Shown here: positions 31,001 to 39,500 of the stretch, one piece after another
How the letters are laid out: the number at the start of each line of letters is the position of its first letter
Numbering within the stretch: position 1 is the stretch's first letter
Origin: an uncultured virus (IMG/VR IMGVR_UViG_3300020056_000011)
Lineage: Duplodnaviria > Heunggongvirae > Uroviricota > Caudoviricetes
IMG/VR virus record: IMGVR_UViG_3300020056_000011
Length of the DNA stretch: 64,000 nt
Reading direction: 5' to 3' (one strand)
Program-made: the position numbers and the translations under genes
Notes under the pieces: model-generated
The model's input: the letters and a program-made list of their open reading frames with translations, nothing else
Databases searched by the model: none
Told to the model about the DNA's origin: nothing

Positions 31001-31495
31001 TTTACAAAATTTTATCTAAGTGCAAGCCAGCCTGGTTCGACTGTTTCGAGTAGTGGTTATCTAGGACAAAATGTAGGAACTTGGTACGAAGCAACATTTG
31101 CAAATGCTGCTAATACAGCCGGATTATCACCAGATAGCTCAGACAGAGATCCTACACTAACTGGCATTACATTTAGTGGAGATAAATTCTCAGGCTTTGT
31201 TCAGAATGGTACATACGAAATATCAGTACAGCCGGAAGTATATGAAAGAAATAGTACAGCAGGCCAAAGATATCATGGATGGGAAGCAAGCACTGGTGCT
31301 TTTAGTTCTGCTGGTTGGTTAAGCCCAGGCACTGGCTCTTTTAACATTAATGGAGTAACTGTACCCGATAGTATAATAGTTACGTTTGAAGATGCTACGC
31401 CTGCAAATAATTGGATTAGATATATTTTAGAAAGCGATCAAAGTGGAGACTATTGGATTGGACAAGCAATATTAACGATAAAGAAAATAGGATAA
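22022..31495 (+). CDS. Giant (3157 aa) modular tail fibre/adhesin with cupredoxin-like and beta-propeller domains
   Basis: DLGSATNKFRDLYL, two HP...YY.C..H..M domains, three repeated cassettes, STAWD repeats, DSAPATLDTLNELAAALGDD. Confidence 0.88.
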   Translation: MADTNLSTSISGIRTRLLNDIPTATVDELLALARAAKSVGLTEDTDIEAAIDSRAQTLSSGATTDEVIKLSQALKQVRNTSQSALSPSVTSDDILEGISNKYMSDANLQSLGSAIIPATNETLDLGSATNKFRDLYLSSNTLYLGETTFSSDDILNFDLSVTPETLEIQVDDPTAGHGTAWQWTWTQSALPFARLAITNSPQTVVPLYLEGTYQINNFAHTVHGSMTQRHDFKLKWIEGAGDDNLVPWVTTSIVNDSHPDINGGTAQDVQRLAVSVPSSITLPTLVAPSVSYDVTSTTGAYVFSGTASGNNPEIGPFYRGGTYTVNINAAGHPFYFTTDNGTNFSAGTYFGEWTSGVTGSRNETGTITFVVPSNAPDILYYQCGNHSNMRGIIRVKDLAVETNANGNYLIYGQHNQEGHVQTIELRPLPTLTSQMCLVYDSSTNKFVPQDLATYVENTPSFENKIKEVAGTATLIAPDGTSLVASVNIYSDATYLPAVGNTVGDIAFVEDTQKLYIYKTTGWIETVANADLTGLATETYVQNYVANNVSGGNVVEYTSTNTAAVNDVVMLNTDGTVTVVEPTNYPFIANKGENYITSAGTENNASGESAIVGGSSTPDKYFTMWVESNGWNGCIQINNSGTFSYGTEYLFSDYNAANGTRGLSTTQGEEPYILFSSVDPDRILVIGKSTSATGHQVMSLQGTVSGTAVTWDGTYITHPDYNTEGYSSGSQRFQYDYAGSTPGTTDKFIMEYSDASGNKKLVRIEWDGTTLTYGDPVDVTGKSGFSFDHNTEGKFIAKDGTTSIVAGIVDWDTQTATFGGSFNLNSIATAVGIDPISGNAVAAYRVNLSFYPNSNSYLRQFSIDSNHTLTSVGSTVTWDTTANSYNGTPYDLKFAKKSSTFMVSYDDKSNYTLESFYEIWDVNGTSITNTAGAVQTSGWSHSSVPLQFDNPHQSGQFSISWKNRRYDSGNYRHEYRVKHLQFPYGESNLDASKVHGIAATAGTTIDVTLEFGIHTGLSGLTTGSTYYVIDNGTLATAPDSKNAKLGVAINATSLALDFTDELTSADLGTYATKSYVGQQITAAGSYSDASVDLHLNQSTATSNEVLSWNGTDYEWVAQPTDNNQLANGAGYITAADIPNTNIVEYTSTSSASVNDVVMLNTDGTVTPVEVATSPEQLTNQGYNGSYQQLLPNNEGYTISNTNGLVAAHVGYWLFPTQTDNKYISVAFDEAPGSIFEMKIVSAEYNSSTETWTYGTEYQDLASLGNSLGLATSDNPYVIGSPDNPDKFLILGPKKNGGSSDLIIHAVGTMGGVGITWSDTGTNSSNSGPTYNSRLDHINWYYDHAGSTAGSYKIIGAYRDNSSNCRIFRVTWDGNATIQYSDDFAIPHPIDSRSLDFSKLTEGRFAGVDASGNLRIGDIDWGTGNITVGTAYGLTSFNTNFGTDAPAHVAWRDSSEHFVVAWSVGGGSNSLKLRAFSTTGNSAVAEGSEYSLGYNQGGTYGHLSGNMAFYKNSNMFALTNAGYYYLNNTSNSKDGSFITHFSVNSSLNIVIGTSRVTHGNNSYAKNTGFGYPGKIQMDPFRSAKGSISAPGNTNATSLVVKLFAQPTQGVYTESNLDASKIHGIAASAGTTIDVTVEGGIHTGLSGLTAGSKYYVLSDGSLSATPDTNNAKVGLAMSSTTLAVDLLDELTDASLATYATKAYVDTSVANLVDSAPATLDTLNELAAALGDDANFSTTITNSLANKLEASDLNGYATETYVNNQITAAGSYSDASVDLHLNQSTATTDQMLVWDGSDYAWSTPAEKINIEGGFADMDATNDQGQSQNINLLSSEGSLHINETDTFDINGNLMYAAGTAIRFQAEMFGSGIYYTLATPWDTSSTWTHVGSSYIRPSTSGNYYGSASTDAKPTTYRISYDGIKAFVLDRQDTQNNSSGAIYTYSGSGFNNIIRPPNDGVSGNAWYQPFNTYTTNEFPLWDFRFSQDGTKIYLTFQSNTGNSDPNEIQRFDLTTAWDLSTASASAVQTLATPTTGHSGARFAISPDGKTGAFIKNGVDIVYYTTFSTAFDLTTASSWSQWPASIHGGNGPADIFFKPDGTKLYIMSDKGSYGGRIFQYDIPVSDFAAVATSGNYNDLSNTPSLATVATSGSYNDLTNTPTIPTNNNQLTNGAGYITASDVPNPSVVEYTSTNTAAVNDVVMLNTDGTVTVVEPTNYPFVRVSANNAQMTSGFGGASSYVGTIAHHSTREKAMLLFPGGTGHSDNNMLVPFIKSGSTISAGTAFASGNHLSIRDPHAFFGPAGTYEDTFIYLAASSNGNSILKVGTITGTTVNGLSNLSGGNGSVSIGHSGNRCLFYHGGFSGDVLTLYAKFPNSNNKAALRKFTYDFATETFDTSYPEIETSSSEVFEWEHTAVDPATPTRIAVYRQEGSGATRKGIIKFATVDWDIGTIVLGPQTDLFTRSGTHSVGASEIQNHQEFHPTNGLLATVTTTPADGGGDAPYRLKMALYSADANLNVTNVSGNITIQGGANVQVGKVRGNICWTKGSNTGSSPNAPTLIIPWWNTNDTYPVTRYYHFDNSGNLVSSNDSQINGPDDFPQNINKWIYSSPFNDGDTAAYTLASNYPEVVMTQGAYGESNFDATKLHGVAASAGTTIDVTLEYGIHTGLSGLTTGTKYFVTDGGGISTSGVAKLGTAINATSLALDFADELTSADLGTYATKAYVASQIPSLTGYATETYVDTSVANLVDSAPATLDTLNELAAALGDDPNFATTITNQIASKANAYSTVTVTASGGYFYIDGIQQATLSFEPGRTYRFDQSDASNGSHPLRFSTTSDGTHASGVEYTVGVTTNGTAGSAGAYTEIAITHATPDLYYYCTNHSGMGAGSVVGNFSGSYSDLTGTPTPYSDSMVDTHLNQSSASTGQVLSWNGSDYSWADVAGGATTSDTAPTSPSAGEFWFKSDSADLYLYYTDADSSQWIQVGGAAASTTTGSSSSSSTTPFTKFYLSASQPGSTVSSSGYLGQNVGTWYEATFANAANTAGLSPDSSDRDPTLTGITFSGDKFSGFVQNGTYEISVQPEVYERNSTAGQRYHGWEASTGAFSSAGWLSPGTGSFNINGVTVPDSIIVTFEDATPANNWIRYILESDQSGDYWIGQAILTIKKIG

Positions 31496-31552
31496 TATTT
31501 AGCAACCATTCATATGTTATAATAAATAGTAGAAAGAAAATAGGATAGATAA

Positions 31553-31816
31553 ATGGCAATCAATTTTCCAAATTCACCCACAGACGGACAGAGTTTCAGC
31601 TCTGGCGGAAAGACATATGTATATAACTCAACTTCAGGGGTGTGGGACAGAAAAACTACCACAATCGCAACCGTAACTGATGTATCCGAATTAACTGATA
31701 CAACGAGTGTTATTCCAGCAGATATATCAGATTTGACTGACACTGGTGGATTATTAGGTGGTAGTGGAGTAACAGAAAATAAAGCAATAGCCCTGTCTAT
31801 TGTATTTGGAAGATAA
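31553..31816 (+). CDS. Small virion protein, MAINFP family
   Basis: MAINFPNSPTDGQ; D.S.LTDT repeats; KAIALSIVFG end. Confidence 0.85.
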   Translation: MAINFPNSPTDGQSFSSGGKTYVYNSTSGVWDRKTTTIATVTDVSELTDTTSVIPADISDLTDTGGLLGGSGVTENKAIALSIVFGR

Positions 31817-31828
31817 AGGAGAAAATCT

Positions 31829-32185
31829 ATGGCTAATCCAAATATAGTCACTGTAACATCAATTCTTGGAGAAACGGTGGGGGCAGTTGCAACCACTTCT
31901 TTTGCAGATTTAGTATCAAATCCGGCATCCAGTGGGAAAGTATATAAAATTAACTCCCTAATTGCTACAAATACGGATTTAGCAAATGATGTAGACATAT
32001 CAGTAAACTTTGTAAGTGGTGGAAATTCTTATGCTATAGGTTCTGCAATTACTATACCATATAATGCAATGTTAGTGGCGATTTCAAGAGATCATGGAAT
32101 TTATCTTCGTGAAGATGAAAAAATTCAAGTTAAGGCTGGAAGCACTTTAATTCAATTTGTTTGTTCGTATGAGATAATATCATGA
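31829..32185 (+). CDS. Small beta-sandwich virion protein
   Basis: MANPNIV...KVYKINSL...IYL.E...CSYE; AGGAG RBS. Confidence 0.8.
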   Translation: MANPNIVTVTSILGETVGAVATTSFADLVSNPASSGKVYKINSLIATNTDLANDVDISVNFVSGGNSYAIGSAITIPYNAMLVAISRDHGIYLREDEKIQVKAGSTLIQFVCSYEIIS

Positions 32186-34761
32186 GCTCAAATGGTGGTA
32201 TAATTGGCAAAAATATCACAGGAACTTCTGGGGTATTTGATATAGAAGAGCATTTCTTAAAAACTAAGTTAAATGTTTTTTCAAACAATGACATTGGGTT
32301 TAGCATTGAAAAGGGTCCTTATAATGTAGGTAGTCGTATTCCTATTCATAGACTTGATGTAGACTGGGAAGATCTGTATATATCAAATGATGGTAATTAT
32401 TTATTTACTCTTGCCGATGATGAAATAGTTCGTAAGTATAGTTTTGGGGTGCCCTTTGATGTTAGGACTCTTTCTTATGTGCCTGATCAAACAAAAGAAA
32501 CTACAAACCAAAATAACGGCGGCCGCTCTATTTACTTTAATCCAGAAGGTACGATAATGTACGTTGGTGGAAATAACGACCCCACTACAGGAAATGATGA
32601 AATTAATTACTATACGTTGAGTACTGCCTGGGATATATCTACCGCTTCTGGTTCTTCTTCTAAAACGCTTAATGTTCAAGCAGAAATGGCTAACCTTCAG
32701 GTATGTATGCGTATGAGTTCAGATGGAACTAAAATGTATCTATTATCAAGAAGCAGCGATAGATTGGTTGAATATAATCTAAGTACTGCGTGGGATACAA
32801 GCACTGCTACTTTTAATCAAGAGATTTCACTTAGTTCTTATAACACTAACCCCTATGCATTTGATTTTAAACCTGATGGAACAAAGCTTTATGTGGCGGG
32901 GCCCGGGCATGATGAAGTAAATTCTTTTACTTTAGGAACTGCGTGGGACATTAGTACTATTTCTCATGATACGTATATTTTGAGTGCTTTTGATTTTGAT
33001 TCAGGTATTTCTGATCTTTTCTTCAAACCTGATGGTACTTCTTTTTTTACGCGAGGTAACAATACTCAATCTATCATAGAAGTAAATCTATCAACCGCTT
33101 GGGATATTTCTACGGCTTCTTTTGTGAGCACTTCCAATGCCGCTTTTATTGGGGGTAGGGAGTTGGTTCCTACTGATGTAAAATTTAAAACAGATGGAAC
33201 GAAAATGTATGTTACTGGGATGAATAGCGATAAAATAAGAGAGTATACCCTAGCTACAGCATGGGATCTTAGTAATGTTACCTACACTCAAGAATTTTCT
33301 TTTTCTTCTCAAGAGGCAAATCCAGAGGCTACTTTTTGGAAACCTGATGGCACTGAACTCTATATGACTGGATATGTAAATGATACTTTTCATCAATATA
33401 CTTTAAGTACTGCTTGGGATATTAGCACTGCATCTTTAACTAGGACTGTAGGTCCAGGCCCTGGCCTAAATCCTCACGGACTTTTCTTTAAGCCAGACGG
33501 GTCTTCTTGGTATTATGTGGGGACTGGCGATAAAACTGTCTACAATTATAGCTGCCCAACTCCTTGGGAAATATCTGTAGCAACTCAACTAGGATCTTTC
33601 TCAGTTTCTGGACAACAAGCTAATCCATATGATTTAGCATTTAAATCTGATGGAACGATAATGTATATACAAGGGGGAACAGGTGCTGATATAGACATAT
33701 ACAATTTAGGTACTGCCTGGGATGTTACAACTGCTGTTTATGACTATACAATAAGGCCTGTATATCTTGGACGCTATCAGGATGAAGGTTCTCCAGAAGG
33801 TATTACATTTAGTCCTGACGGAGTTTATATGTATCAGGTCGGCGCTCAATCAGATATTGTTGTTAGATATACTTTATCTACTGCTTGGGATTTAAATACT
33901 GCAAATCTTCCAGACTTTAATGACTATATGCATGTTGATATAGATAATGTATTTGTTGATAAAGCTACTAAAACTCAATCAATGTGTATTAGTGAAGATG
34001 GAACAAAAATGTATATCTTAGTTTGGGGTGGAGAATATGTTATTATAGGATACACATTAGCTACTCCCTTTATGGTAAATACAGCAACCTATGATGGAAA
34101 AAGTAGTATAAGCATATTTACATATGAAACTAGTGCTAGAGGGATTGCGTTAAAACCAGACGGAACAAAACTGTATGTATGTGGAACAGTGGGAGATGGT
34201 ATTGACGAGTTTGACATGACAACGCCATACGATATTACTACACTAACTCATAACTCATATTATGATTTCGATTCAGCTGCTTTTGGCGGAACTGACGCCC
34301 CAGCATTTTCACAACCTACAGATCTTCAGTTCAAACTAGATGGAACAAGAGTATTTATGGTTGGTGGTGGTTGGATGCATCAGTGGAATTTATCTACTGC
34401 TTGGGATCTTAATACTGCAACTAGAGTTCTTGTTACTGCAAATAATAGAGAAGAAATGCCAGTAGTTGCTTCAATTGATGGATTTAGATATGATGGAAGA
34501 GGTAAGAATATATATGTTGGACCTGAAGATAAAAGTATAGTGCAATTAATAACTGACTATACCCACACTGACGCTAATACTGGCGGTAGATGGTCAATAC
34601 AACACAATGGTAATACTGGAACTTTTACGGTTCCAGATGGAAAAAGATTATATACAGGTATAGACAATCCTGCATATTTTACTTGGTCTTCAAACGGGCG
34701 ATATCTATATATAGTAAATGACAAAAGGCCTGGTATCATTCAACTACAAATGATGACATAA
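32182..34761 (+). CDS. Beta-propeller repeat protein (LSTAWD repeats), putative receptor-binding
   Basis: More than 10 repeats of F.PDGT..Y...Y.LSTAWDIST. Confidence 0.85.
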   Translation: MSSNGGIIGKNITGTSGVFDIEEHFLKTKLNVFSNNDIGFSIEKGPYNVGSRIPIHRLDVDWEDLYISNDGNYLFTLADDEIVRKYSFGVPFDVRTLSYVPDQTKETTNQNNGGRSIYFNPEGTIMYVGGNNDPTTGNDEINYYTLSTAWDISTASGSSSKTLNVQAEMANLQVCMRMSSDGTKMYLLSRSSDRLVEYNLSTAWDTSTATFNQEISLSSYNTNPYAFDFKPDGTKLYVAGPGHDEVNSFTLGTAWDISTISHDTYILSAFDFDSGISDLFFKPDGTSFFTRGNNTQSIIEVNLSTAWDISTASFVSTSNAAFIGGRELVPTDVKFKTDGTKMYVTGMNSDKIREYTLATAWDLSNVTYTQEFSFSSQEANPEATFWKPDGTELYMTGYVNDTFHQYTLSTAWDISTASLTRTVGPGPGLNPHGLFFKPDGSSWYYVGTGDKTVYNYSCPTPWEISVATQLGSFSVSGQQANPYDLAFKSDGTIMYIQGGTGADIDIYNLGTAWDVTTAVYDYTIRPVYLGRYQDEGSPEGITFSPDGVYMYQVGAQSDIVVRYTLSTAWDLNTANLPDFNDYMHVDIDNVFVDKATKTQSMCISEDGTKMYILVWGGEYVIIGYTLATPFMVNTATYDGKSSISIFTYETSARGIALKPDGTKLYVCGTVGDGIDEFDMTTPYDITTLTHNSYYDFDSAAFGGTDAPAFSQPTDLQFKLDGTRVFMVGGGWMHQWNLSTAWDLNTATRVLVTANNREEMPVVASIDGFRYDGRGKNIYVGPEDKSIVQLITDYTHTDANTGGRWSIQHNGNTGTFTVPDGKRLYTGIDNPAYFTWSSNGRYLYIVNDKRPGIIQLQMMT

Positions 34762-34791
34762 GGCACATGAAATAAAATAAGGGTAAAATAA

Positions 34792-36564
34792 ATGGCAATT
34801 AATTTTCCAAATTCACCAACAAATGGACAAACCGTAGTTCTTGCAAACAAAACATTAGTGTGGAGTTCAGCAACTGGAACTTGGAATGTTCAATCATCTG
34901 CTAGTAGTGGTGGGGGTTCTCTCTCAATCTCTGATACTGCCCCTTCAAGTCCTTCTGATGGAGATATGTGGTTTAATAGCACATCTCTAAATTTATATGC
35001 ATATTATGACGATGGAGACAGTCAACAGTGGATTGAGCTATCTTCAAATGATGCTCAAATGGGAGCAACGGTTTCTGACACCGCACCTTCTTCTCCAGCA
35101 AACGGAGACTTTTGGTTCGATAGTTCCACTCTCACATGGTATACATACTATGATGATGGAGACAGTCAGCAATGGTTAGACCTTGCCGGACAAGCCACAA
35201 CTGTCCAAGTGACGGCATCTGATACCGCACCAACAAGTCCATCCACAGGACAACTTTGGTTTGATACTGCAAATCTCAATCTCTTTGTTTACTATTCAGA
35301 TGGTTCATCTAATCAATGGGTGCAGATGAATTCAGAGGCAACAGCCGTTCCTACGGATGTTTCTGATTTGACTGACACCACTGGTTTATTGGGTGGCGGC
35401 GTTACCGCTTATGCAAATTTAGCAGCATTTCCATCTACTGGAAATACTGAAGGTGATTTTGCATTTGCACAAGATACTAAAGCATTGTATATTTGGGATG
35501 GAACTGAGTGGGATAGGATTTCTAGTGGTACAAACGAAAGTCCTATTTTTAGTACAGAACCAGCGAGTGAATATGAATTAGCTACTACTGGAACAGCAAC
35601 TACTGTTGCAATCGCAGCATCTGATCCTGAAGGATTTCCAATAGTTTATGACCATGTTACAAATCCATCAAACCAAACCCAAGCAACCATAACAAATAGT
35701 GGTGGTACATTTACCATTACACCATCAACTAATTCTAGTGACGAAGGAAGTTTTTCTTTAAGATTTAGAGCATCTGATGGAACTCATGTATCTTCAAGAA
35801 CTTCTACATTTTCTCTTTCATTCTATAATGGATATGCATCTCAATATTTAGCACTTACAAGTGGGAATTTAACAACTGTAAGTTATTCGGGATCTGGGAC
35901 TGATAGTTTAAACTCTATCATAGATGCTGCCAGTGATGGAGATGCATTATTATTAGACCCCGGCGTATATGAATTGGATCCTACTAATTGGGATGGTTAT
36001 AACAGTAGTAACTGGAGGGGAAAAGCTATTGCGATTGTAGGAAAAACAAAAGACCCTGCTGATGTTGTTTTAAATTTGAAAGATGCTGGCGCGAGAGAAA
36101 AACCAATTTTCTCTAATGGTACAGTTCCGACAGATCATGACCACCATTTTGCCAACATGAGAGTAGTTAGATTGGGGGTCCCTAATCCGGCCGCCGATAG
36201 TTACAGAAGCGCTTTAAGAAGAGATGATGGTGGTGGATATGTACAAAACTGTATCGTTGATTTAAATGGAAACCCTGTTTCGTGGGTTTATGGTAGTGGA
36301 TCAACAAGATATGGTTCATTTATAAACTGTTCGTTTGTAAATTATTCTTCATGGCTGACTAACTATAGTGGTGACTTTAATAGAGTAAGAATTACGGACT
36401 GCGCTTTTGCCGGTGGTTATAATAGTTCTGTAAATGCTAATGGAACGAATCAAACGAGTGTGTCTTTTGGTACTGATTATACATATACAGACAATGGTTC
36501 TACATATGGACACATGAAAGGTATTAATAGCACTCCAACAGTCTCTATCACTGCACCAGTATAA
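34792..36564 (+). CDS. Modular fibre: MAINFP, 3x SDTAP repeat, Ig-like, beta-helix-like head
   Basis: Shared modules; head starts IIDAASDGDALLLDPGVY (pectin-lyase-like start). Confidence 0.85.
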   Translation: MAINFPNSPTNGQTVVLANKTLVWSSATGTWNVQSSASSGGGSLSISDTAPSSPSDGDMWFNSTSLNLYAYYDDGDSQQWIELSSNDAQMGATVSDTAPSSPANGDFWFDSSTLTWYTYYDDGDSQQWLDLAGQATTVQVTASDTAPTSPSTGQLWFDTANLNLFVYYSDGSSNQWVQMNSEATAVPTDVSDLTDTTGLLGGGVTAYANLAAFPSTGNTEGDFAFAQDTKALYIWDGTEWDRISSGTNESPIFSTEPASEYELATTGTATTVAIAASDPEGFPIVYDHVTNPSNQTQATITNSGGTFTITPSTNSSDEGSFSLRFRASDGTHVSSRTSTFSLSFYNGYASQYLALTSGNLTTVSYSGSGTDSLNSIIDAASDGDALLLDPGVYELDPTNWDGYNSSNWRGKAIAIVGKTKDPADVVLNLKDAGAREKPIFSNGTVPTDHDHHFANMRVVRLGVPNPAADSYRSALRRDDGGGYVQNCIVDLNGNPVSWVYGSGSTRYGSFINCSFVNYSSWLTNYSGDFNRVRITDCAFAGGYNSSVNANGTNQTSVSFGTDYTYTDNGSTYGHMKGINSTPTVSITAPV

Positions 36565-36575
36565 GGAACAAACAA

Positions 36576-39500
36576 ATGGCAATCAATTTTCCAAATTCAC
36601 CGACAAATGGACAGATTTTTACATCTGGTGGAAAGTCGTATGAATACAATTCAACCACTGGAGTGTGGAATAGAAGACCAGAGGCAACAAGTCCTATTCC
36701 AGCAGATATATCAGATTTAACAGATACAACCAATCTGCTCTTTGATGGCCAATATTCAAGTCTTGCTGGAGCGCCAACTTCATCTACTGCTGGTGCTTTG
36801 GGCACACTCACAAAAACATTTACACAAAACGAAGAAACTGAAATAACACTCTCAGAAAACATCTCTCCAGTTCCAAATGTAAGTGTGTTCAAAGAAGTCC
36901 CACAAGGAGGACTGACATCCAAAGGAAATTGGGATGTTAACGCAAACGCAACCAATTATGACTTCTTTGATGAAAAGCCTATTTCTTATTCATCGATTAG
37001 TTTAACTCCAAGCGCAACTGGCGATGGTACTTTTACAAGTAGCGATCCTATAATTTCAACACACCAAATAGCGGCGACCATTCCAGATTATGGAAATGAG
37101 GCCGGATATGAGGTTACTTTAAGCAATTTACTTATTAATAATAATCTCACTGATGGGAGTTCACCAGAATTATACACTTTTGCTATGAGTCCTGACGGAA
37201 CCAAAGCTCTGACATTGCAGGTTCATACCTCTCAAATACATAAACAAAGAATTCATGGATTTAATGTTGCCGTTGCTTATAGTACTACAGTGGCAGATTA
37301 TTCAAATCAATCTGCTTATTTTGATGTGACTCAAGGAGGCACTACAAGTGACCATAGAACAAGTAATTTTGGAATTGATGAAAGTGGTACTTATATGTAT
37401 ATTCATAGAAAAGAGACAACGCATCAATACCAATTAAGTACTCCTTGGGATGCTAGTACAATTTCCTATCAAAACAAAACATTTATACCGAGCGGAAACG
37501 GTATTCCATCTACAACAAATTGGCAAGCAGGCCCTCCAAATCCTTCCAATAATGGTGATTATATTTTATATTGCAATGGGAACTATGTAGCAAGATACAC
37601 AATGTCAACTGCATGGGATATTACTACTGCTGGATCGAAGCAAGAAGTAGATTTATCTACCATATTGACTGCTGCTGGGGTAACTATAGATTGGGGCAAT
37701 TTATATAATGCAATGTTTAGTAATGACGGAACTTTATTGTTGGTAAGTGCAAGAGGCAATTCATATCCACAACAGTTTGCATATAAATTTAATTTATCAA
37801 CAGCATTTGATATTACGACTGCTGTATATGTAGAAGAAACGGGCGTGCATGGATGGGGATACTATCCAAGATTTTCCAGAGATAATTCGGGAAATACTTA
37901 CATGATTGGTGGAACGGGGGCGGCCGCGCCTATTCGTATTGCTCAAACATCTATACCATCTGCTTTCTCTTCATCTGACGTAGGTAAAAAAGTTATAGGT
38001 AACTCTGGATCCGCTATTATTACATCTACTGCTGGTGCATATAAGTCAGTTACTGCTTTTGCAGATACTTCTACAATTTCTTCTTGGCAGCTATTTGGTG
38101 CTGAAGGTAAGGCTGATGGGTCTGGTATTGAATTGAGTGGCTATTCTACTTCTACTCCTGTCATATTTCCTACGAGTGGTAATGGTGTAGGAGCAACAAT
38201 GAATTATAATAATAATGTTTCAAGTGCAATAACTAATATAGTACATGTGGGATTTAATAGCGAGGGTACTATCGCAATAGTTATGGTGGCGGGATTAAGT
38301 ACTGGATATAAATTCACTAGATATGATTTGTCGATACCATTTGATCTTAGTACATTAACTGAAGATGCTACAAAAGTAAATACTAATGAAATGACTTCAG
38401 GTGTGAAATGGCTGTGGGTTCATCCAGACGGTACAAAAATTTGGATTAGTGACACTGGCGCAAATCGTATAAAATATTTTACTATGAGTACTGCTTGGGA
38501 TCCTAGTACAGCTAGTTACGTTGGTTACTATTATTTCAATAGTGGAGGATCTTGGAACAGTACAAGTGGTGGTGGTGGAGCACCAAGCACAACAACCTTG
38601 CAACCATATGCTTTCGAATTTAATTCTGATGGGACAAAACTTCTAGTCGGATATTATGACAATAGTGCTTATGACGGACTTGCAGAATATACACTTAGCA
38701 CGGCTTATGACATGTCAACAATGACATATGTATCGTATGCAGACGTAACAACTGGAACTATACCTTATTCTTTCGTAGTATCTGAGGATGGACTTTCAGT
38801 GCTACGGGGATATTCAGGCGGCACGGCTGGTTTAGGCTATAGTTTGACATTGCCAAGTTATTTTAGTGTAGGAAGCAGCTCCTTGAATAATATTGGTAAC
38901 ATTGATTTCAGAACTCTTACGGGCGATGCTGGTGTCAGTGCTTACGCTGCTAGAACATTAATGTCTTATGATAAAAAAAGGTTGTGGTTATGTGATATGT
39001 CAACAAAGAAAATTTTTGAAATTACGGGCGGAACTTCATCAGCACATCCATACTCTCAATATTCTCCAGTCCTAACTGGTTCTACTGGTCAAATCAATTC
39101 ATCATCGTGGGTCGATCTCGATTCTATGGTTGCAGATGAAACCAAGAATGATGGTGATGTATTCTATGCAGTTTCTACAGATGACAGAACATCTTGGAGT
39201 GTTATCAAAGATGGTGACGGCGTAAGAAAGATTGTTAAGAATAACTCTGGAACTTGGCAGTATAATAATGATGCTGGAACAACTGTTACAGTAGGATTTG
39301 ATATTGCAAATGCATCTTACGATAGTAAAAGTTTAGATGTTAATGCATACGAATCTACGGCGCGGGCCGTAGATATTAGTAGTGATGGGTTGCACTTGAT
39401 TGTGGCTGGTTCATTTGTTGATGATCTCCACTATTTTACACTTTCAACTGCTTTTGATGTAAGTACAGCCACTTATGTAAATAAAATTGATCCTCATGGA

